A stretch of 64,000 nucleotides of DNA from Marsupella aquatica (lineage: Eukaryota; Plantae; Marchantiophyta), in the NCBI GenBank assembly GCA_973895155.1, contig OZ316893.1, positions 5,780,171 to 5,844,170 of the forward strand. Reading direction: 5' to 3'. The notes beneath the pieces are model-generated. The model did not search any database and had not been told where the DNA came from. It saw nothing but the letters and a program-made list of their open reading frames with translations. This document shows, one piece after another, positions 25,012-34,440 of this stretch; within the stretch, counting starts at the first letter, position 1; every line of letters begins with the position of its first letter. The translations under genes were made by a program, and so were the position numbers.

Positions 25012-25353
25012 ATGGCTCCTCCAAACCACAAGGACGGTGCAAAGGCAGGCCATGACAAGGCCCCTGCAGCTCAATCTAATATCGCCACTAAGGGGCAGCC
25101 TTCAGGAGAACGGGCAACTCCACGACCACCTTTGGAGCAACAGGAAGGAGCGGTGCCTTGTCCCGCCCAGGCCCTGCGGGTCAAGAAGGCCCCCAGTAAG
25201 CGGGCGGTAAAGAAACCTCGCAAGGAGCGCGCAGGGAGCTCGGAATTTTATTTGAAGAGAGCAAAGGAGGAGGCGAGAGCTCATCATGAGGCCGACCATC
25301 CCAGTGACTCGCAGAATGATGATGATACTGACTTTGACTCTGATGGGTGGTAG
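25012..25353 (+). CDS. Small disordered basic protein (113 aa) with an acidic tail; function unknown
   Basis: ATG in CCATGG context. NLS-like VKKAPSKRAVKKPRKER, and C-terminus DDDTDFDSDGW. Confidence 0.45.
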   Translation: MAPPNHKDGAKAGHDKAPAAQSNIATKGQPSGERATPRPPLEQQEGAVPCPAQALRVKKAPSKRAVKKPRKERAGSSEFYLKRAKEEARAHHEADHPSDSQNDDDTDFDSDGW

Positions 25354-25779
25354 ACATACAATGATACATAGTTTTGGTATCCAATTTATCGCGGTTTGAT
25401 TAGATCAAATGTATGTTGTCGACCATGAACACTACAGTAGACCTCAGTGAAGGATAAGTAGCACAGCGAGGGACATGATGCCGGATTTTATCGACTGGTG
25501 TTGTGATACTACAGTGTAGTTTTGTTTTTCAGGGTTGTTGCCCTGATTTTTTAATCGCAGTTGAAATGTGGTAACTCAATTCTCCAAATTGCATTTTGAC
25601 ATTTGCCAAACCAGTGACTCGCAGAATGATGATGATACTGACTTTGACTCTGATGGGTGGTAGACATACAATGATACTTAGTTTTGGTATCCAATTTATC
25701 GCGGTTTGATTAGATCAAATGTATGTTGTCGACCATGAACACTACAGTAGACCTCAGTGAAGGATAAGTAGCGCAGCGA
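25301..25779 (+). repeat. 169-bp direct repeat (25301-25469 and 25611-25779)
   Basis: Near-identical copies 310 bp apart that duplicate the 3' end of the small ORF. Confidence 0.93.
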
Positions 25780-27290
25780 TGAGAGAACGATTGGATAAAT
25801 TATCACCAACACGTAATGCATAACATGCCCCTGCCGTAGGTCAAACGTCGGAATGTGGAAATGCACTGTGAGCGGTCAATGATGTGATGGCATGAAATTT
25901 TGCATCGTGGTATGAAACGCTAATATTACATGTGACGGCAGAGGCTATTGCGGCTTCCAGAAAAGAACTGTCGGGCTCAAATTCTTCACGTCAAATGTTT
26001 CGTGAATGTGAATAATTAGATTATGGGGATCAGACAAGGATGGGTTAGTTCGCCCTAAACCCTAAGCTTCAGCGTCATGTCCTAGAACCAGACATTAGTC
26101 TTGATCAGGTACTCAACAAGAGCGCTGGGTCTCGCTTGTCGAGTAGAAAGTGGTTTTGAGTAAAAGGGATCCATGAGGAACAGGGTCGAGATTCATGGAG
26201 GCCATATATTCCTAAACCAAGTTTGACAAGAAGGCTATGGCAGTGGAGGGAGAAGGGCCATTTAATGGTTGTGTAGGAATCTCCGAGATGACGACCCTGT
26301 GTCAATCAGTACACAGGGAAGAAGCTTTTAGAGAAAGCCTAGTTTTTGTTTCGGAAAAAATATGACCCAAGCAGGAGAAGAGAGCAGTTAAGGGGAGAAT
26401 GATAGAGGTTAGTGATAGCTCTCCCCTGCTCTCCTCTCCTCTCCTCTCATCTCATTACACGAGAACTGAAATGTCACTGTTCCCTGCTCCGGCACAAAGC
26501 TGCTTCATGCACCTATCACAATAATACGCTACACAGGGCCCATGACAGAAAACACAACCAAATTGCAAGTCTGTGCTTACCGTTATTTTGATCCCCTGTG
26601 AAGCAAGCGTAGATCATGATTCCCCTCAAAGCACAGGGTTGTACATGTAACGCTGATCAAAGTGAGAGATATCGAGGTCTGTAGTGATATAATTTTGCAT
26701 ACTCCGTCCAGTTTGCTGTTGGCACAGTTTTATGGAGACATTCATACATACGGCGATGCCCACCTTTACCCTCCGTGCTCGTCCCATAACATATGTGTAC
26801 CGGGAAATGGATGAATCCCCCATACCACGATTATGAATAATTGCATTGAACATCGCGGTACGATACGAATAGCCAACAATACGAAAGGGCGAACTGTTGG
26901 AATAAATGCCACATACCACGATTATGGCAAACATTTGACAAACATAACCCGAATACAGGCACACTATTCACGGGCGCACAGAGGGATTTGACAGAATAAA
27001 TATGACTTTATCATTCGCCATTTAATTGATTTGAAATATGGAGAACGCTTTTTCGTATGAATGCGGGTTCTGTGTTCTATTTCAAAGTATCTGGACACAT
27101 GGTCGTGTAAGAATGATGCAATGCTCCAAAGCCTCAGAATTATCCAGGCTTGGTTTTGATTGCGCTACGTAAGAATTCAGGTTTGGAAACATTACGATTG
27201 TAGTAAGTATGGACTCGCAAGTTCACATATGTCTGGATCCAAAGTGCTGATGAGGCAGATGGTTCATGTATGGAGTTTTTTTCACCGCCC

Positions 27291-28764
27291 TTATGGCTTA
27301 GTTCGTGTCGAACGCCTAGTCCCATCTGTTGCCTTCTTTCGTTTGTGCCCAACCAACACCCCGGTTCGCTTGGTTTTACTTTGGCGCAAAGGAACAGCAT
27401 CGGTGGCTTGCAATAAGCTTTTCAAAAAAGCCTGAGCCCTATGCTCCCACTGCATGGAACCGCGGTTCTCACTAGCACTGACCACAAGCTTATCATCCCC
27501 GGAATCTCCATCGGCAACTTGGAATGTAGCTGCCCAGACCCCCAAAGGCGCTGGTTTCAATTTTGGGTTGTCCAAAACAAATTTGGTGACTTCCAGGTGC
27601 AATTCAAACCTGCTCACACGGGCTCTAAATTTCTCATCGTCGTCGGAGAGATCTTGTTCGGCATCGGTAAACCTACCCTATAGCAAGCACCCAATATAAG
27701 TGCAGAACCACAAGGCTGTGTTCATTACGTTGGCAATGGTCGTGTTGTAAAGTGTAATTCTCAAACAACGAAGGTTGTGGAGACTGAGCGGGTACCTGAA
27801 TTTTTGCTGTGCGTTCGTCCTCGTCCACGCCTAATTCAAGAAGACGCCTCCTGCGATGAGCAATTCCAGTTTTGGCAACGCTCATTTTTCTTTCCTTTCC
27901 TAAGGAGCTGAATCGCCAGTCAAGATAATTCATGGTGGCAGCTTCCTCTATCTCGCACTCTGGACCGGAATGGAAGGCATCATACCAGTACCGTGCACCA
28001 ACTTCGTCCATGTAAGCCTGAGCTTCGCGGAGTAGCTCAGTCAATTGTTCACCTCGGTCGTGACAAGCTGACACCACACTTTGTAATGCATGAAGCTTGG
28101 AGTCTGACTCGACTTTCTTCACCCCCTTCAGTGCGGCCCGACTGTCATGCAATGCAGAGAGCCTCGATCCCATATAGTCCTGGAAGGATTTCGCTTCTTC
28201 TCCACGATCGTACAACAAAAATTTCAAATGTGCCAGTAACCACACCCTATAAACGTGGTGTTTAAGGTGATCCCATGTATCCAAATATGGAGGGTCAACA
28301 GCATCAAACGCGAGCAACAATGCAGGAAGTGGGCCGGGGCGGGGTGGAGGACCCTGCTGAAGGTACCCCAAGTGGCGGGTGAGAAATTGCTTGACCACGT
28401 AGTTCTTCTCTTGTTGAAGCTTCAAGCTCTTGGCTTGCTGCCACCTCCAGGGAAAGAAGCCGTGCCTGGTTCGCATGAGTTTAAGCATCTCTTCATTTGA
28501 GGCGTTCCTCCCTTCCTTGCCGTCTACGGGCTTCCGCCCTCCCTTGCCAAGCTGTGTAATTTGAACGACCCCATTATGGCACCGGCGCCAATGCTCGTTG
28601 ATTCGATCTTTCCTCGCCCAAGTTTTCGCGCTAGGGCACCCGGGAATGACACAATCCCAGTCCAGCCTATTCAGGTGCTTAGCATTCAGGACCTTTCTAA
28701 AATGAGTCCCTTCAATTGCTTCGAGACAATTGGACGCAATTGAAACGGGCTCTGCGGCTTCCAT
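27291..28764 (-). CDS. Orphan family paralogue B, apparently intact, ~451 aa (exons 28764-27796 and 27677-27291), with an N-terminal zinc-finger-like motif
   Basis: WDCVIPGC...RINEHWRRCH (C-x4-C-x13-H-x3-C/H). Donor CAG|GTACC and acceptor CTATAG|GGT join in frame to GRFTDAEQDLSDDDEK...ENRGSMQWE. Basic NLS-like C-terminus HKRKK. Confidence 0.75.
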
Positions 28765-29139
28765 AGTGACCCCCAACAACCTCGCAATGGTATGGAATGT
28801 GGTTCTTCAGAGATGAGGGCTTACAAAATTGCGGGACATTAAACCCTAAACACATAGGACTGAGAGCTGGGCACAAAGACAAGAGGAGAAAGACGTTCAC
28901 GGGTCGCGGATGTCATGCTTTGACGAGCCGGTACAATTACCTTGTGCTTTTGCTACCCGTCTTTGTTTCATACCGTGACAAGCGTCAACGGAAATATGAT
29001 TATCTTCGAGGTACGAGAATTGTGTGCGGCAACGTTCTAGTCAGTTCCGAAGGTATCACAGGGCTGCCCGGTCTTTCCGTCTGTGCCTGACTCGAATTCC
29101 ATCCATGTCCGAAGCATGTGAGTACCTGCCCTTCAGAAC

Positions 29140-29363
29140 GTGGGCAGGGGGGGCGAAATGTTTTTGGTGAACCGTGGGCAGGCGAGGTTCGGGCAGAGGA
29201 AGATTGGGCAGCAACGTACGGGCAGCCGCGGTGCTGGGCAGCATAATGGCAGGTATGGGCAGATGGGCTGGGCAGGTCAGCCGGGTGCCCAAGGTTGCCC
29301 TGAACAGAAAGATCTTTACAAGCAATTCGGGCGGAAAGAACTTAGGTGCAAGAAATACTTCCC
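29140..29363 (+). repeat. Array of GGGCAG hexamers followed by GAAATACTTCCC; possible transposon subterminal region or end
   Basis: Eight GGGCAG in 29141-29276, plus inverted CTGCCC near 29064 and 29125. Confidence 0.5.
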
Positions 29364-29486
29364 AAACAACTGGGCGTAGCGTCCCAGCATGTGGGACTGT
29401 GCCAATACAGTAGAGTGCACACTTTTGATGTGCAATTACCGGGACTCGTAGGATTGTCATGCGGGATGCAATGACGTATTGTTCCC

Positions 29487-29886
29487 GGATTGACATTGGA
29501 TTTTGGATCGATAGCAGATTGGTTACATGAGGCTCGTAGTAGAGTGAATTAGTGAGTGGCTGGTTCCCTTTTTTGGTGGATAAGTCGTGAACAGTCCTTC
29601 TAGCGAAGGGAAGGGTAAAGGCAAAGTCGAGATGTTGCGGACTTGAGATCCCTCTTCTAGGGTTAGGTTATTTCATGTTTCAGCAAGGATTGACATTGGA
29701 TTTTGGATCGATAGCAGATTGGTTACATGAGGCTCGTAGTAGAGTGAATTAGTGAGTGGCTGGTTCCCTTTTTTGGTGGATAAGTCGTGAACAGTCCTTC
29801 TAGCGAAGGGAAGGGTAAAGGCAAAGTCGAGATGTTGCGGACTTGAGATCCCTCTTCTAGGGTTAGGTTATTTCATGTTTCAGCAA
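29487..29886 (+). repeat. Perfect 200-bp tandem duplication
   Basis: GGATTGACATTGG...TTTCAGCAA at 29487-29686 and 29687-29886. Confidence 0.97.
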
Positions 29887-30138
29887 GTGATTGGGAGTCC
29901 TCTGCGTGATCGTCAATTTTGCAGAGACCCTGCGTGGTGATGTTCAATTTCTGGGATGTGACTGGGATGAACGGAAGGATAACAGATTGGGTGCTGTGAA
30001 TTCATTTGAGGCGAGCGATGCTGCTCTGCAGCTTGAAGTAGTTGTCGTCCAGTTTAGGACCGCTCTGCTGACACGATTACTGTAGCAGGCGCTGTAGCAG
30101 GCGCTGTAGCAGGCAGAGAAGAGGCCGACTGAAGGGAT

Positions 30139-30504
30139 ATGGCGGCGAGCAAAGTCATGGGGTTGTTCGCTGTCACGTCGTTGCTGATGTGGGCAATTCC
30201 CCTCGGGGTGCTTCTAGTATTCAATCAGAATCTGATTTCAGGGCTGGAAAACATGTCTCCCCGATCGAAAACCTTGTGGAGTGGGGGCTTGGCGGTGTTC
30301 TCTGTGAACTTCGTGATTGCAATTTACATTTTTCTAGCTCTCAGAGAGCCTCCTGTTGCCGTACCGCCACAGCCTGACCCAGCCTTCGCCAGGAGAGCGA
30401 AAGCTCGGCAAGATCAACTTGCAGGAAATCAGCCCACATCTAGCAACCCTACAGAGGCGATCGTTAGACGCGAATTAGCTGAGAAGAGCAACAAATCTGA
30501 CTAG
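30139..30504 (+). CDS. VMA21: Vacuolar ATPase assembly integral membrane protein VMA21-like
   Basis: 121 aa with two TM helices: FAVTSLLMWAIPLGVL and TLWSGGLAVFSVNFVIAIYIFLALREP, the plant VMA21 pattern. Ends with KSNKSD. Confidence 0.85.
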   Translation: MAASKVMGLFAVTSLLMWAIPLGVLLVFNQNLISGLENMSPRSKTLWSGGLAVFSVNFVIAIYIFLALREPPVAVPPQPDPAFARRAKARQDQLAGNQPTSSNPTEAIVRRELAEKSNKSD

Positions 30505-31562
30505 ACAAAGAGAGTCAACGAATTTTGGGAGCGCTCACCTTGTATGACTTTTCCTAAGGCAATGTGATAGTGCTTTCTGTGCTGCGTGAAGTTTTTCACG
30601 CTTGTAAATCCTTCGTCCTGCTTCTGGGTTTGGCCTGTCCACCCATCAATGAAAGTCAATATCTTCCAGAGCGTTGAACTAGAGATAGCAGTCACGAGGT
30701 GACATTTTAGACCTGGATGTTCTTTGATCGATGGTTGCCTGGCTGATTATTTGCTTCTGTGAGGGCTCACATTTTTACTCGTTGGAATTTTATCGTCTTT
30801 TACCGCGTACACAACGATAATGAATTTCAATTCCGCTGCTTGACTGCATAAATGTGCCTCTCGCTACCACTCGCTCTCGTCATTTCGGTACCTTGTTTTC
30901 GCTTTTCGCGTGCACGAACCTTTACTCTCTCGATCCTTTACTCTCTAGACAAACTAAGTAGTTCTTGCTTTGGAAGAGGCAAGTGGCAGAGTAGGGACTT
31001 CCTGATCAAATTAAGGGCCTGCCACCTGAATGGGAGGAGGGACTGTCCAGCACAGCAATTGTGAAGGAAAGACGAAAACCGTGTGGAGTTTCAGGAGAAC
31101 ACTCTGCCCCCAAATTCCGATGCGTGTCCAGGTGCCCCTGCCCATGCCTGTGCTATCAATGCTCTCAACCCACAACATCCTTCTTTCAGAGTGAACAACC
31201 CAGATTTTGATCACAATGTGGAAGATCCTCTAATGAGCTGGATGAGCTCGAGCTAAATGCACTACCAATTGACCTGGATTCGTTGCCCGACTAAGGAGAA
31301 GTCATCAAGAGTGGGATGACCTGGTTGCTGAGGAGAAGGCCACACAGGAGCAGCCTGCAACACTAGACAGCTCTCTCAAGTACCAGGATGTCACCAGTCT
31401 ATATCGATTCATGTAAATGGCTCCACGCGTAGAATGGCCTCATGTAAATTTGGGCAATGACTTCATTTGTCCCTCAAATTATTGAAACCTAGCCTCGGGT
31501 AATTTACATGGTCTTGTGAAGGAGTGTTTGTCTCAATGTCCGCCTCCATTTTTGCAGTGACA

Positions 31563-31928
31563 TGTAATTTACGTTGTCTTATGAAGGTCTTTATTTATAA
31601 AATGGTCCTTGGTCACTTTCCCAAACCTTGGCTCGACCCCTTTGCCGAATGTTCAATTGTGTGTGGCAGATTCTTTTAGGAATATCCCTTCACTTCTTTC
31701 CGTGATGAGTCTTTTCTTGTTTGCAAACTCACATGTGGCATCGAATTGTAATTTACATTGTCTTATAAAGGTCTTTATTTATAAAATGATCCTTGCTCAA
31801 TTCCCTAAACCTTGACTCGACCTCTTTGCCGAATTTTCGAATAAGTGTATGGCAGATTCTTTTAGGAACTCCCCTTCACTTCTTTTCGTGAACAGTCTTT
31901 TCTTGTCTGAACACTCACATGTGGCATC
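31563..31928 (+). repeat. ~185-bp diverged tandem duplication
   Basis: TGTAATTTAC.TTGTCTTAT.AAGGTCTTTATTTATAAAATG...CTCACATGTGGCATC occurs twice. Confidence 0.85.
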
Positions 31929-34440
31929 AATGGGCGACAATTGATGTCGGGTGAGTTCCCGTGCGGTATTTGAAGAAGGTATCGTGGATCACCATGAAGT
32001 ACCCAGTAATCACAACAGAACCCATCCCATCGCCGGACCATTCCATGTTCAGAGACATCCAAGCACACTGGTGAAAACCAATTTCAGAAGATTTTCCGAA
32101 GAGCATGTACTCGCCTATCATTGGCTTGCTTCATTGGACCTCTCCCAATACACACATTCCGTATCTTGGAAGGCAAACCTTCTTAGGGGAAGACATGACC
32201 AAAAAGCAGATCCTTGCCCAAAACTCGTTTAGACGACCCAGATTCTTGACGAGTCAAAACAGTGTACTGTTGCGCAATCGCCCCATACCTTAGCTTTCAA
32301 GCATTTCCAACGTGGTTTGATGTCATCAGAACCACGTGCAGTACAGAGTACATCGAACCACGTAGCTAACGAAGATCATACAGCGTACTGGAGAGGAAAG
32401 TCAACATACGGCACCTTACGCAATTGTCCCCTCCCTTTCAAGTGCCGTGCTGAAGCAGCGCGGGCAGCATTTGGGGTACCGTAAACCCCTTTTTTCTTTG
32501 TATTTCTATGGACGTGCATGGTTTCGTGCTGCTATACCTGGCGAGTCCACGTAAACCCTAGATGGCGATAAGTAAATTCACACGAGCATGGTTTGATGCT
32601 CTTATACCTGGACGAGCATGGTTTGATGCTCTTATACCTGGTGTATCCACCTTTTAGATTTTCTCTTGTGTGTTTTTATTTCATTGTGCAATACCAAGAA
32701 GAAAATTAGATCACCTACACATCGTCTCAAGACCAAAAAAGGAACATGTCCCAAGAGGAGTATACCCCTTTTTGCTGAGCATACTCTCTATCTTTTGGTT
32801 TTTTAGAGAAAAAGTTTTGTTTGGAGGTCCACTAATAATATATCTCCAGTAGAATGCTTGGGACCCGAGAGATTTTAGACTATAGTATACAATGTAGTGT
32901 CATAGGGATCCGTATGATATACACCTATGAGCCCTGATTTTGCTTCTAGGCCCCTACAGAAACGTCTGGTGGGGGACTTGGCATTTCCCTTGGTCCTGGA
33001 GAATGTGCGCAACAAGTTCCGGAAATGTCTTGGAAGTTTTCCTTAACTCCATCTGGTCTTCCTTTGAGTTTTTGGTTCACTAATACCGTGACACATTAGC
33101 ACTTCTCAACTATTCTGTCTCATAAAAACCAACCCTATGAATATATGGTCTGCTACCCTAGTGTGTTTTGCCAACACAATTGGTGGGTATTCAGGATGCT
33201 GTCAGTACACATTATAGCAAAATAAATTTTATCAATGTTTGACAATCTTAACACCATGCTAAAACCAGTCACTCATCCCTTCATGGGATATTTAGTCTCC
33301 CATGTATGGTCTACCTGTATAGGATAGACTATAATATGCCATAAAGGGATAGCTCCGGTCCTTAACCGAATACACTAGCCCCGACCACCTGTTCTTTGAA
33401 CGAGAATAGTGGAGAGTACAATAAAAATGTCACCAAACTATATTTACTATTCACATTCTTTGAATGTTAATGAAATGATAAAAAAATCATTTTAATAATC
33501 ATACATAACATACCATCTATTCTCTGTATATATTATTCTTCCTATGCACATGTGTTATGGTGGGGCCATAGAGTACATTTTTTGAATGTAAATAGAAATT
33601 ACAACAAAAAGTATGATAATTATCATTGACATACATAGTAGTCATAAGTTTTCACATTCATACGGTGTACCATGGAGTTACAATTTAGAGTGTTAACTCT
33701 AGAAACCTAACCCCCAACTCTAGGTTATAATTGGCGCTTTATAATTAGAGATATGAACTTGCAAAAATTAATAAACAATAATGATTAAATGCGCGGTTTT
33801 ACACTGCAGTATGATACGTCATCGTGGTTTGGAGTATGAACCACGTACGGTACTCATGGCATCGAACCACGTAGCCAACCAACAAACACTATGAAGCATC
33901 CTGGATAGCGAAAAATATCTCGAGCCGAGTTGACGGGAAACGACGGAAACCGTGCGCGTCGACAGAAAGGCTCCGTTTGGTTCCTGGACGAGGGCTTGCC
34001 AAGTTGACAATTACAGGCTTCGGGGTTCCGCGCACGGTTGGCTGACAGAGCAGCTGCGCCACGCCAAGCGAATCCGAGCTGTTGTAGACGGAGAGAGAGG
34101 AGGGTCTTGCGAAAAAGCTGCTTCAGTACTGTACAGAGTATTCCTCCTGTTTTCCTTCGTGAGTACTCTTTTGTGGGTGCACTTGCTTTGGCGAGTGTGG
34201 GACGCAGCTCCCTTCCTTACCTGAGCTTATCCCTCTTCTCTTCTCCTCGTTTCCGGATCTCCTGTCTCAAATTCTGCTCTGCTGACGGTCCGGCTCACGT
34301 TTTCCGCCTCGCGCCTTCGCTAGGAGGTTAGAGTAGAGGTGGAGGGATCGAGATACCTTCGAGTGAAGGTGGAATTGGAGCGAATTCTGTGGAATCGGTG
34401 AGGAGGAGAAGGAGCTGCAGGTGGCGGCAGGGTAGCCAAG

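Larger units (their letters stand above)
3500..29450. mobile_element. Large (~26 kb) putative mobile-element body with orphan genes and a dispersed 11-bp motif; class unknown
   Basis: No recognisable host genes. Contains internal paralogous ORFs, an RPA-like gene, internal duplications, ~30 copies of CATACYRYGA[T/C], and a GGGCAG array near the right edge. No transposase, Rep or integrase was seen. Ends are approximate. Confidence 0.6.

Noticed and set aside
32585-32634. GATGCTCTTA as the right TIR partner of the Harbinger TIR at 2969, which would make a 30-kb element
   Set aside because: Only 7 nt match, it is part of a local 30-bp duplication, and the span would include the host VMA21 gene.
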